64,000 bases of DNA from Parcubacteria group bacterium Greene1014_15 (GTDB lineage Bacteria > Patescibacteriota > Minisyncoccia > Phycocordibacterales > VMGT01), in contig VMGT01000003.1 of NCBI GenBank assembly GCA_007376725.1, positions 4,470 to 68,469 of the forward strand. Direction: 5' to 3'. The notes beneath the pieces were generated by a model, which had not been told where the DNA came from, ran no database searches, and was given only the letters and a program-made list of their open reading frames with translations. Shown one piece after another: positions 1 through 8,821 of this stretch. Positions within the stretch are counted from its first letter, which is position 1. Each line of letters begins with the position of its first letter. The position numbers and the translations under genes are program-made.

Positions 1-338
1 TGAAAAAGCCGATTTTTCTTGCAGGAGAAGGGTTCTAACTTCGTCCAGTACCCCAAGCTAGACAAGAATTGACCTCATGGATAAAGGTTCCTGACACCTT
101 ATTCCTCACCTTATTCCCCTGACACAAGTCAACGCGGGTGTCCCATTGATGAAAACAGGATATCTGAATACGCAGAAAACGTAATCTTGCCTAATTTATT
201 TTGTTACAGTGCCTTAGTTTTTTAAGACCAACCATATATTTCAGGACAACATACGTGCAAATGACTCTGGTGACACTTCGAGCGCGGCAGAGAAATTCGG
301 CTACGCCACTTTCTTTTTTTTATGGTATAATTTCAAAC

Positions 339-1172
339 ATGCAAGCTATCAACAAAATTTTGAATGTATACACGCTCGTTGTGCTCAATGTTGGCATCAT
401 TTTTGCCGCAGTGTTTATTGGAAACGGAACAGTGTTCTACACAACAGGAATTATCCATATTTTCGCGATTGTATTTGTATTTTTAGCATTCAGCTCTTTA
501 TATCGGCGATACTATATTGCCGACCCCATTTTGCAGAAATCTTTTTTACGTGGAACATTATGGGCATTTGCCATTTTTTCGCTCTCACACGTCGTGGAAT
601 TCATTGGTTTCAAAATCCTTGGCAACTATAGTGACGAACTGTGGGCTGCGGTGGTCAATTTTTATTTACTAAGCTTGTGTGTCATTATTATCGGCGCAGA
701 AGTTTTCTTAAAGCGTATTCGCCGGAGATCCAGTTTCGTGCTGTGGCCTGTTCTCTGTCTCTCCGTTTTTTTGTGCATCTCATCTGTCTGGTATCTTACC
801 AATCCCGGCAGTGTTTCCCTCGAACTTGATGAAATTACTCCATATCTGTATACAGGCGCAACTGTATTGGTCGGCATCTTTGCTGTTGTTGATATTCGAA
901 AAATAGGAAGCGTTGTCCCGCTTCTGGGTTCTTTTTCGCGCGCGTTTGCCCCTGTTATTTTCCTCGTTGTCACTGCTGCGCTTGTCAGTATTTTTTATGA
1001 AGTCCACGATCATATTGAGATACATGAGTATCATCTTATTTATCTTAGTCACTTTATTTTTTATGCCTCACAGAGCGGTATCTACGTGGCATTTCGTTCA
1101 TTGGATTATGTGACTGGCGTGCAAAAGGAAATCAAAAATCTGATTGAGGATAAGGAGAAAAGAAAAGAATAA
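339..1172 (+). CDS. Polytopic membrane protein (about 7-8 TM), putative stand-alone sensor for the downstream kinase
   Basis: Multiple hydrophobic helices. ATG 339 is preferred over 201 because TGGTATAAT (323-331) lies 7 nt upstream. The stop overlaps the next ATG (TAATG). Confidence 0.75.
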   Translation: MQAINKILNVYTLVVLNVGIIFAAVFIGNGTVFYTTGIIHIFAIVFVFLAFSSLYRRYYIADPILQKSFLRGTLWAFAIFSLSHVVEFIGFKILGNYSDELWAAVVNFYLLSLCVIIIGAEVFLKRIRRRSSFVLWPVLCLSVFLCISSVWYLTNPGSVSLELDEITPYLYTGATVLVGIFAVVDIRKIGSVVPLLGSFSRAFAPVIFLVVTAALVSIFYEVHDHIEIHEYHLIYLSHFIFYASQSGIYVAFRSLDYVTGVQKEIKNLIEDKEKRKE

Positions 1173-2263
1173 TGAATGTTCGAAAACCGCTTCCTGAAAA
1201 TAAGCTTATCGTGCGAGTAAGAAAAATTAAACCTCTTGCAAGAGGTTTTGCGAAGTTGGGTGATCATGTCGTTATTACCGACGAAAATGCGTGCATTCTT
1301 TATGCAAATAAAGCCATGGAACGCACTACGGGTTTTTCAGTAGATGAAGTTATGGGCAAAAACCCCGGAGATTTGTGGGGTGGGAAAATGCCAAACGAGT
1401 TTTACACACGGATGTGGAACACAATAAAAGTTGAAAAGAAACCTTTTGTCGGAGAAGTTCGTAACGTGCGAAAAAATGGTGAGGAATATTGGCAGGAACT
1501 TCACATCTCTCCCATTTTGGACGCTCGCGGCGAGGTTAAATTCTTGATAGGCATTGAGCCAAACATCACTGACAGAAAGGAGAAAGAACGGTTTAAGGAC
1601 GAGTTTATTTCCATAGTAGGTCATCAACTCAAAAGCCCCCTTGCAGCTATTCGCTGGATATTAGATTTGTTGCAAAAGGATAGAGGTCTTACGGTAAGAC
1701 AACGCCAGTCATTAGAAGATATCTATGCGTCTAATCTCAACTTACTCGATCTTGTCAATGATTTATTATTAGTATCTCGCACCGGCAACGTAGGAACGAA
1801 TAGGAAAACCATTGATCTTGCTCAAGTAATAAGAAAAATTATTGCACAAATAGAACGGCAACATCCTACGATATCTTTTTCTTTTTCAAACGAAGGTACG
1901 AATCCTCTGTATGCAAATGAGGTTTTAGTGTTACAGATTTTTACCAACATTATTGCGAATGCTGCAGAATATTCTGATGAAAATTCCGGAAAAGTTGAAG
2001 TGAAATTGCTTAAGGAGAAAGAGCATGGTTTTTATATTTTCACGTGCAAAGATAATGGGATCGGCATACCTCCTCAAGATCAAGAGAAAATTTTTTCTAA
2101 AGCATTTCGAGCTTCAAACACCCATCAAGCAAAAAAGAGCGGGACTGGGTTAGGACTTTTTATTGTAAAAACAATTGCAGACAGTTTGGGTTGGACAGTA
2201 TCTTTCGAGAGTACGATTGGCAACGGTACAACCTTTTTTCTTAAAATACCCACGGACGGATAG
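1172..2263 (+). CDS. Soluble PAS-domain sensor histidine kinase
   Basis: PAS/PAC (VVITD..ILYAN..TGFS, RKNGEEYW), H-box GHQLKSPL, N-box NIIANAAEY, DNGIGI, GTGLGL. Confidence 0.93.
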   Translation: MNVRKPLPENKLIVRVRKIKPLARGFAKLGDHVVITDENACILYANKAMERTTGFSVDEVMGKNPGDLWGGKMPNEFYTRMWNTIKVEKKPFVGEVRNVRKNGEEYWQELHISPILDARGEVKFLIGIEPNITDRKEKERFKDEFISIVGHQLKSPLAAIRWILDLLQKDRGLTVRQRQSLEDIYASNLNLLDLVNDLLLVSRTGNVGTNRKTIDLAQVIRKIIAQIERQHPTISFSFSNEGTNPLYANEVLVLQIFTNIIANAAEYSDENSGKVEVKLLKEKEHGFYIFTCKDNGIGIPPQDQEKIFSKAFRASNTHQAKKSGTGLGLFIVKTIADSLGWTVSFESTIGNGTTFFLKIPTDG

Positions 2264-2304
2264 TATAGCATTCTCCCCTGTACAGTAAAAACCAATCTAC
2301 AATA

Positions 2305-2469
2305 GACCTCTTCGGAAAGTCCTTTCTACTACAATTTTTGTTTTTCGGCTGCGACTGTGTCATGCTTCGTAAAATGATTCTCGCCGTACAATCAGTACGT
2401 CGTCGAATCATTTTACGTGCATTCCTTGTCTCGCTCGAAAAACAAAAATTTCGTAACGAAATGACTTTC
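2305..2469. repeat. Long imperfect palindrome (MITE-like, right end lost)
   Basis: Nested arms GAAAGTC..AATTTTTGTTTTTCG..CGTAAAATGATTC / GAATCATTTTACG..CGAAAAACAAAAATT..GACTTTC. Internal motif shared with the 29630 and 55067 elements. Confidence 0.7.
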
Positions 2470-3138
2470 ATGGCAAACAAAATTATTACAGTACTATTGG
2501 TTGGGGTAGCGTTTAGTGCAGGCTACATAGTGGGACAAAAGCGTGCTCCTGCTGTTTCAAATATACAGCAGGTTGCTCCTCCTGCAGATGAGGATCTGAC
2601 TAACCATGTCGTGATAGAAAAAGATGGATTAACTGTGCGAGATTCAAAAGAACAGGTGCTTTATACTGTTTTGAATCAGAATTATAAAAACAATCCGCTC
2701 GTATTTCTCGAAGTTGCATCCTACTCTTCAGATGGACGCTATGCGCTCATTGTGGGGATGATGCGCGGAAATGAATCGTATGGCATTGTGGATACGCAAA
2801 CAGGCGAGTACCGTACGATAATTTCGGGAATCATGGATGATATCACATGGGCCCCGCGAGAACGGGTTCTTATTATGGCACGTTCAATCTCGATGACAAA
2901 TTCCCCGAGTGGTCTCTATCTTATTGATCTGCGAAAAATCAATACTTTGAATTCTCCTCCGCTACAAGCACGTAATATTGACGTGGATATCGGTTATGCA
3001 AACATGCATTTTTCAACGGTTGATTTTTTTCCCGATGGGAGACAAATTTCATTTACATATTCAGACACTTCGAATAATCCTAAGATTGCCACTACGTCAC
3101 TCAATATTTTTTTAGAATCCTCCTCATCTAATTTTTAA
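2470..3138 (+). CDS. Membrane-anchored hypothetical protein with TolB/PD40-like beta-propeller repeats
   Basis: N-terminal TM; repeats YSSDGRYA, TWAPRER, FFPDGRQISF. The upstream extension to 2338 lies in the palindrome. Confidence 0.65.
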   Translation: MANKIITVLLVGVAFSAGYIVGQKRAPAVSNIQQVAPPADEDLTNHVVIEKDGLTVRDSKEQVLYTVLNQNYKNNPLVFLEVASYSSDGRYALIVGMMRGNESYGIVDTQTGEYRTIISGIMDDITWAPRERVLIMARSISMTNSPSGLYLIDLRKINTLNSPPLQARNIDVDIGYANMHFSTVDFFPDGRQISFTYSDTSNNPKIATTSLNIFLESSSSNF

Positions 3139-3144
3139 CAGAGA

Positions 3145-3173
3145 GCCGCCGTCTCTTGGGAAGAGACGGCGGT
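3145..3173. terminator. Hairpin between convergent genes
   Basis: GCCGCCGTCTCTT-GGG-AAGAGACGGCGGT. Confidence 0.7.
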
Positions 3174-3192
3174 TGTTATGGCCGGATATCGT

Positions 3193-3669
3193 TTAGTGAC
3201 CCCTGTTTGGCGCTTCAGTAACCTCTTTTAAGTACTTATAGAAATCATTTATGGAGCTCGTTGTCGGTTCTTTCATCATGAGAACGAGGGTTGTTTTCTC
3301 TACGTAAAACCGACTTAGAATAGTCAGCATATCACCACTTCTGTCGGTAATTGTATACCACAGGACGGCATGTCTGTCTTCGACTCGAATATCGAGAACA
3401 ATGTTATTTGCTTGACGCGTCTCGACATTGTCATAGTATGTGTCGGTTACACCCGGGACTTGCTTACCATTAATGTTATCTACTGTCATGGTCGAGATTT
3501 TGACTGGCCAACTTGTGAAGTCTGGGAGCTCAACCGTTTGCGTTTGAGCAAATAATATTGTATTGCCTGCCAATAACAGCACAAGACAGAAAAAGACGCC
3601 GAGTACTTTTCTCACTGGATTCTCCTTGGAATTGTTTTGACGCGATAGTGCATCCCATAAACCAAACAC
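3193..3669 (-). CDS. Hypothetical secreted protein (start uncertain)
   Basis: 158-aa ORF with a signal-peptide-like segment (VRKVLGVFFCLVLLLAG..FAQ). Confidence 0.6.
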   Translation of the reverse strand: MFGLWDALSRQNNSKENPVRKVLGVFFCLVLLLAGNTILFAQTQTVELPDFTSWPVKISTMTVDNINGKQVPGVTDTYYDNVETRQANNIVLDIRVEDRHAVLWYTITDRSGDMLTILSRFYVEKTTLVLMMKEPTTSSINDFYKYLKEVTEAPNRGH

Positions 3670-3740
3670 ACCATATCATACTTTTTTCTGTTAATCAAGT
3701 TTGAGTCCCTGATATACGAACTTGCATGGGAGATGCATTT

Positions 3741-4361
3741 TTATGGCTTTCTCCACTCCACAATTTTTCCAGCTTCTATTTCAAGCAAATCCGCTTTTCG
3801 AAGAAATTGTATTGTTTTTTTGTCTGCTATATCGTAGTGTTTTGAATCATCCAATTCTTCAGGAATACCCCAGATATTTTCATCGGTAGTCAGCCAGTCG
3901 TCTTCAAAGTTAAGGAGACTAAAAGGCGCGGAATACGAGCGCAGAGTTTTTTTGCCGTTGTCGAGAAAATATTCATTAAAGTACGAGAGGACAAGTTCTC
4001 GGATTGTTGCATAGATAGGGTCACGATAATGCAAGACGGCATGATTTGTTTTGCTCACGGCTCCCCACCTGTTATTGTATCGAAAGAGCGTAACAACATG
4101 GTCATCGTCCTCGCGTGTTGTTCTTAAGTCAAGGAGGAGTGGTTTTTGTCCGTGGTACCAAAAAATAGCAGCAGCGAGCATTGCGCCTTCGACGCACTGG
4201 GCTTTGTTATTTCGCAATACACGAAGCGGTGACTGACAACTATCACCGCGAGCTCCAAAATTAATCGGAATTGCATTGAGAAAATCTTGAATTTTTGAAG
4301 GGGAATTGAGACGTTTGAACACCCAAAATTCTTTATTTTTTTGTTCGGGAAACTTTCGCAT
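3741..4361 (-). CDS. Conserved hypothetical protein, transglutaminase/papain-like Cys-His motifs
   Basis: AQCVEGAMLAAA, DDDHVVTLF, WGAVSKTN, YRDPIY; TGATATACT 6 nt before the ATG. Confidence 0.7.
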   Translation of the reverse strand: MRKFPEQKNKEFWVFKRLNSPSKIQDFLNAIPINFGARGDSCQSPLRVLRNNKAQCVEGAMLAAAIFWYHGQKPLLLDLRTTREDDDHVVTLFRYNNRWGAVSKTNHAVLHYRDPIYATIRELVLSYFNEYFLDNGKKTLRSYSAPFSLLNFEDDWLTTDENIWGIPEELDDSKHYDIADKKTIQFLRKADLLEIEAGKIVEWRKP

Positions 4362-4426
4362 TTGTGTAGTATATCAAATGGAGAAAAAATTAAAGATTTT
4401 CATACGCGCGAGTTTCCATAAAAAGC

Positions 4427-5032
4427 ATGCTACAATATATGCATACTATCAGTAACTCTATGAATATGTGTAAAGAACATCCTCAACATAAACGCGGCAT
4501 AGGATTGTTTATGGTTATTATCATTATTGCAGTTCTTGCAATTTTGGCCGGTGTTGCCGCGCCCAAGTTTATGGCAACGAGAGAAACACGCGATACTGTC
4601 GTACAAGAGCCAGAACAGATGCAGCGTGAAGCAGATCCTGCAGTTGCAACAAAGGCGGCTTGTGAAGCAGCATGCCGCAATCAGTATGGTGGCAGCGGGT
4701 CCGCGGGATTTGATGCCTGTATTCGCGCATGCGGCGCCGGTGGGGTATTGCGTGAGGAAGCGGCGTGCGCATCACCCGGCCCTGCATGTCCTTCACCTCA
4801 ATCCCCCGTGTGTCATAATGGAAAATGGTATTGTCGAGAACATGTCGGAGAGGCCGCGTCAGGTTCGCGTGTATTTCCTGAAACAAACAACGCAACACTT
4901 AACTATCCGGCCGAAACCGCGCTCAAAGAAGCTGCGTGTGGTGAACCCGGGCTTGCCTGTGAGTCTCCCGCATCGCCGGAATGTAGTAATGGAAAGTGGG
5001 TTTGCATTGGGCCCGCAACGGGAGTGAATTGA
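4427..5032 (+). CDS. Prepilin-like N-terminus protein with Cys-rich repeats (start may be 4460 or 4466)
   Basis: KRG|IGLFMVIIIIAVLAILAGVAAPKF; duplicated EAAC..PG.AC.SP.SP.C.NGKW.C. Confidence 0.75.
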   Translation: MLQYMHTISNSMNMCKEHPQHKRGIGLFMVIIIIAVLAILAGVAAPKFMATRETRDTVVQEPEQMQREADPAVATKAACEAACRNQYGGSGSAGFDACIRACGAGGVLREEAACASPGPACPSPQSPVCHNGKWYCREHVGEAASGSRVFPETNNATLNYPAETALKEAACGEPGLACESPASPECSNGKWVCIGPATGVN

Positions 5033-5035
5033 TTA

Positions 5036-5216
5036 GGGCTCGTTAAAAAATTAATTCCCAAAGATCGCGCACAATGCGCGATCAAATACGACTTGGCGCG
5101 GAATGAGCGAAACCAGGAGTTGTATTCCGATACAACGAGTGGTTTTGCGAGTGAGCACGAGTCGTAGATGACTGCACAGTGTGTGTGAGATTGGGAAGTT
5201 ATTTTTTAACGAGCTC
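5036..5216 (+). mobile_element. MITE family A, copy 1
   Basis: TIRs GGGCTCGTTAAAAAAT / ATTTTTTAACGAGCTC with TTA on both sides; near-identical copies at 20692 and 25290. Confidence 0.85.
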
Positions 5217-5228
5217 TTATTCTCCCAG

Positions 5229-5260
5229 ACAACACCCCGCACGATTGTGCGGGGTGTTGT
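5229..5260. terminator. Hairpin between convergent genes
   Basis: ACAACACCCCGCAC-GATT-GTGCGGGGTGTTGT. Confidence 0.7.
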
Positions 5261-5266
5261 GGAAGT

Positions 5267-6472
5267 TTATGTTTGTTCAATGAATGTAAGCGCTTTGCCT
5301 TTTTTGCCCGCACGGCCAGTGCGGCCGATGCGGTGTATGTAGTCTTCGTGCGATGCAGGAAGATCGTAGTTGATGACGTGTGAAATGCTGTCAATATCGA
5401 GGCCTCGCGCCGCCACATCTGTTGCAACGAGAATCTGAATATGCGCGCGCTTAAACAAGTCGAGAGCCTTTTGCCGTTTTCCTTGAAGTTTGTTGCCGTG
5501 AATCGATTCTGCACGAAAGCCTTTTTGTGCAAGTATTTTTGAGAGCTTTTCAACACCGTGCTTTGTTCTTCCGAATATGAGCACCTTGCTGAACTCTGGT
5601 TTCATAAGAAGATTTTGCAGAACAATGAGTTTGCTCGTACCAAGAGGTACGCGAACAATGTCTTGTTCGATTGATGCTACGGTGTCACCAGTTTTTACAC
5701 TCACTCTGATGGGGTTGTGAAGAAATTCTCCCACGAGTCGTTCGATTTCCGGTGAAAACGTTGCGGAAAAAAAGAGCGTATGGCGCGGTGAAGGGAGGAG
5801 AGCGAGGATACGACGCATATCTTTGATGAAGCCCATATCGAGCATGCGATCGGCTTCGTCGAGAACTGCGGTGCGAAATTCTGAAAGATTGAGAGCTCTT
5901 CGCTCCAAAAGATCTTTGAGGCGTCCAGGGGTGCCAATAACAAATTGCGGTCTATTGCGGAGCTGTGAGAGTTGCTTTCCCATACTAGCGCCTCCGACGC
6001 AAACTGCGGCGTGGATGTTCAAGCGATAGGCGAACTCGTGAAGCTCCTCTGCGATCTGTCCTGCGAGTTCACGTGTCGGTACCATAATGAGAACGCGCTC
6101 CCGTGGCTGCGTGAGTATTTTGTGAATGAGAGGAATAAGAAAAGCGGCGGTCTTGCCGGTGCCGGTGTTTGCAATGCCGACGACGTCGCTTTTGCGTAGT
6201 ATATGTGCGATAGTTTTATCTTGAATTGGTGTCGGCTCTCGATATCCCTTTTGCGCAATCGCTTCTTTGAGGCGATTTTCTATGGGAAAGTCTGAAAAAC
6301 GATGAGTAGGAACGAACTGCTCAACTTTTTCTGGAGCGGTGGCTTTATTGATGAAACGCGTAATGTCAGCATGTTTAAGCTGTTTAATAGCGCGTTTTTG
6401 ATGAGCACGATTTGGATTTTGTCTAAAATTCGTACGGGCACCTGTTGTATGACGAAAATTTCTAGTTTGCAT
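5267..6472 (-). CDS. rhlE: DEAD-box RNA helicase (RhlE-like)
   Basis: Q-motif PTPIQ, ANTGTGKT, PTREL, TPGR, DEAD, SAT, ARGLD, HRIGRTGRAG. Confidence 0.93.
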   Translation of the reverse strand: MQTRNFRHTTGARTNFRQNPNRAHQKRAIKQLKHADITRFINKATAPEKVEQFVPTHRFSDFPIENRLKEAIAQKGYREPTPIQDKTIAHILRKSDVVGIANTGTGKTAAFLIPLIHKILTQPRERVLIMVPTRELAGQIAEELHEFAYRLNIHAAVCVGGASMGKQLSQLRNRPQFVIGTPGRLKDLLERRALNLSEFRTAVLDEADRMLDMGFIKDMRRILALLPSPRHTLFFSATFSPEIERLVGEFLHNPIRVSVKTGDTVASIEQDIVRVPLGTSKLIVLQNLLMKPEFSKVLIFGRTKHGVEKLSKILAQKGFRAESIHGNKLQGKRQKALDLFKRAHIQILVATDVAARGLDIDSISHVINYDLPASHEDYIHRIGRTGRAGKKGKALTFIEQT

Positions 6473-6502
6473 TTCGAATGAGTTTGTATCAAGTAAGACT
6501 AC

Positions 6503-6530
6503 ATTATATATTAAATTAGCCTTTTGTCAA
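6503..6530 (-). promoter_or_regulatory. Sigma70 promoter of the helicase
   Basis: TTGACA-N16-TATAAT on the minus strand. Confidence 0.7.
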
Positions 6531-6541
6531 TCAATTTCGTG

Positions 6542-6777
6542 GTAACTGCTCACACCCTCGGAAAATCTCCCTCATTCCCCCTTTCACAAAGGGGGAAGTC
6601 GAACGCCTCTCCTCCCAAGAACTTCCCCCTTATGAAAGGGGGAATGAGGGAGATTTCAAAGAGGTTGGGAGGGATGTGAACTCCTCCCTTTTTGAAAGGG
6701 AGGATGGGAGGGATGTGAACTCCTCCCTTTTTGAAAGGGAGGATGGGAGGGATTTATTCATAGCTGTGAAAGCTTAC
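6542..6777. mobile_element. IS66-like MITE carrying CCCCCTTT/AAAGGGGG hairpins and 39-nt tandem units
   Basis: Ends GTAACTGCTCACA..TGTGAAAGCTTAC; perfect 8-bp direct repeat ATTTCGTG (6534-6541 and 6778-6785). Confidence 0.85.
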
Positions 6778-6849
6778 ATTTCGTGAAATATGGCTAATCA
6801 TCTGTAGATACAGAGCATCCCCACGAACAACATGTTCGTGGGGATTGTG

Positions 6850-7275
6850 CTACTCAAAGATGCTCGCAATGAGCTCGTTAACGTCTTGCTCATGTGCTTT
6901 GGTATCGACGATAAGCTCGAGACCGCAGTGCGAGCAGTAGCGGAGTCTGCTCGCATCGATGCCGCACGCTGCGAGGTTGTCGCGGAGTGTCTGTGCTTGG
7001 GGGGATTGCTCGGTCCAAGAAACAACTCGAAGAGTGTGCCAGTGGCGTGTGCACATCTCTTTTCTCGCATCATTTGCTGTGACGTTGTAGACGCTGACAA
7101 AACCCTTGTGGTCAAACGCGAGGTTTTTGAACCCACAATACCCACAAAAATGAGTAAGTGTGCAGAGTGTTGCGCCGCATCCTTTGCATAAGACGGGAAG
7201 ACCGATTGCGCCATTTAGTTTCTCGTTATTTTTTGAAGGAGCAATGTCACCATCGCCGTCATCTTCGTATATCAT
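6850..7275 (-). CDS. Small zinc-ribbon protein (paralog of 7272-7643)
   Basis: CKGC..FCGYCGFKN..FD..YCSHCG. Confidence 0.75.
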   Translation of the reverse strand: MIYEDDGDGDIAPSKNNEKLNGAIGLPVLCKGCGATLCTLTHFCGYCGFKNLAFDHKGFVSVYNVTANDARKEMCTRHWHTLRVVSWTEQSPQAQTLRDNLAACGIDASRLRYCSHCGLELIVDTKAHEQDVNELIASIFE

Positions 7276-7643
7276 ATAAGTTCCTTTCTAAAATCCGCGA
7301 GAAATTCGTCAATGTCATCGCCTTGTTCTTCAGATGACCGTAAATCTTTTCCACAATGTGAGCAGAATTTTTGTCTATCATCATGCACACGATGCCAAGG
7401 CGGATCGTTATTGCATTTTTTCAACACACCTTCTATTGAGATGCTTGTTGCAATACGAAAAATCTCTTCATCAAACCCATGGTTTTTGAAGCCACAGGTT
7501 GTACAAAATACCATCAAGTTGAAGACATGACCGGGACAATTTTTACAGCGAGCAACACTATTCGTTGTAAGAATGCATGCTTCACGCAGATTGTCTAATT
7601 CATTCCTATCAAATTCAGTTTCACTATCATCGAAAAGTAACAT
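7272..7643 (-). CDS. Small zinc-ribbon protein
   Basis: CKNC..FCTTCGFKN..FD..FCSHCG; GGGGG SD-like motif; ATGA overlap with the next gene. Confidence 0.75.
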   Translation of the reverse strand: MLLFDDSETEFDRNELDNLREACILTTNSVARCKNCPGHVFNLMVFCTTCGFKNHGFDEEIFRIATSISIEGVLKKCNNDPPWHRVHDDRQKFCSHCGKDLRSSEEQGDDIDEFLADFRKELI

Positions 7644-7676
7644 AATCGCCCCCGTTTTGTGAGAAAAAATTTTTAA

Positions 7677-7793
7677 GAACTTACCTACTATCTAGTGCCT
7701 TGGCGAAATGTCCAATATTCATTCTAAAACTTTCATATTCTGCGGAAACATATTTTGTTTTGTTTTTTTTGAGGTTAGATAGTAGATAGGCTC
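7677..7793. mobile_element. MITE family B, internally deleted copy
   Basis: Ends GAACTTACCTACTATCTAG..TTAGATAGTAGATAGGCTC match the 28035-28215 element. Confidence 0.7.
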
Positions 7794-7801
7794 TGAACTC
7801 G

Positions 7802-7830
7802 ACAATACGATACTATATAATAAATGTCAA
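7802..7830 (-). promoter_or_regulatory. Candidate sigma70 promoter for the zinc-ribbon pair
   Basis: TTGACA-N17-TATTGT on the minus strand. Confidence 0.5.
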
Positions 7831-7841
7831 GGATTTAGAGT

Positions 7842-8011
7842 GTAACCTCTCACACCTACCTTATTCAACAACAAACTTCGTCATATAAAGCAACTACCTC
7901 TACTACTATGAGGTATTCTGAAAGTGGGAGACGGAACGAATCGTCAATGGCTTCGAGCCACGCGCAATGACGGCTCTGTTACCGAGTCTTGTGGCAGGTG
8001 TGAGCAGATAC
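7842..8011. mobile_element. IS66-like MITE with different cargo
   Basis: GTAACCTCTCACACCTACC..GGCAGGTGTGAGCAGATAC; flanks TTTAGAGT / TTTAGGGT (7/8 match). Confidence 0.75.
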
Positions 8012-8056
8012 TTTAGGGTTGCCTTTGTTGCAACTCGTGAGTAACATCAGACGTAT

Positions 8057-8821
8057 ATGGTAAAAAGAAAAGATACATCATGGGGGAGGGTTGCAGATTG
8101 GTATGACGCGCATCTCGAAAATTCTGAAGATACATATCAGAGCAGGGTGATACTCCCTAATATTTTAAGAATTCTTGATTTGAAAAAGGATGAGCGCGTC
8201 CTTGACCTTGGGTGCGGTCAAGGTTTTTTCTCGCGCGCATTTTTGAAAACCGGCGCTCATGTGGAAGGATGCGATATCTCGGAAGAATTGATACAACTGG
8301 CAAAAAAAGAATCACCAAAAGAGATTGCATTCCATACTGCTTCTGCTGATGCGCTTTTGTTTGCAAAAAATGGAAGTTTTAATGTTGTTGTTTGTATTCT
8401 CGCACTGCAGAATATTGAAAATCTTTCAGGAACTCTCTCTGAAGTTGCGCGCGTGTTACTATCCGACGGACGATTTGTTATTGTCCTCAATCATCCAGCT
8501 TTTCGAATTCCGAAGTTTTCAAGTTGGGGATGGGACGAAGAGGGTGCCGTACAATATCGAAGAGTTGATCGCTATTTGTCGGCACGTTCTGCGAGCATTG
8601 ACATGCATCCGGGAAAACAAACAAAACAACAAACTATTTCCTATCATTGCTCGCTCCAAGATTTTTTTAAAGCTTTTACAAAAACTGGTTTTGTGGTAAC
8701 ACGTCTTGAAGAATGGATATCGCATAAAAAAAGCGAAAAAGGCCCCCGGCAATTTGCTGAAGACCGTTCGCGAAAAGAAATCCCCCTGTTTTTAATGTTG
8801 GAAACGCAAAAACTATTTTGA
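8057..8821 (+). CDS. Class I SAM-dependent methyltransferase
   Basis: VLDLGCGQG motif I, GCDIS, ARVLLSDGRFV. Confidence 0.9.
   Translation: MVKRKDTSWGRVADWYDAHLENSEDTYQSRVILPNILRILDLKKDERVLDLGCGQGFFSRAFLKTGAHVEGCDISEELIQLAKKESPKEIAFHTASADALLFAKNGSFNVVVCILALQNIENLSGTLSEVARVLLSDGRFVIVLNHPAFRIPKFSSWGWDEEGAVQYRRVDRYLSARSASIDMHPGKQTKQQTISYHCSLQDFFKAFTKTGFVVTRLEEWISHKKSEKGPRQFAEDRSRKEIPLFLMLETQKLF

Noticed and set aside
2338-2469. N-terminal extension of the 2338-3138 ORF (likewise 201-338, 20846-20908 and 45673-45735 for their ORFs)
   Set aside because: The extensions run through palindromic elements or promoters, and better-supported downstream starts exist.
6660-6755. 39-nt direct repeats (also near 49220-49330 and 53815-53890) as a CRISPR array
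   Set aside because: The units are head-to-tail with no unique spacers, lie inside MITE ends, and no cas genes are present.
6542-6777. AAC..GTT-like ends as integron attC sites
   Set aside because: The 8-bp target duplications fit transposition; there is no integrase and no cassette-array orientation.
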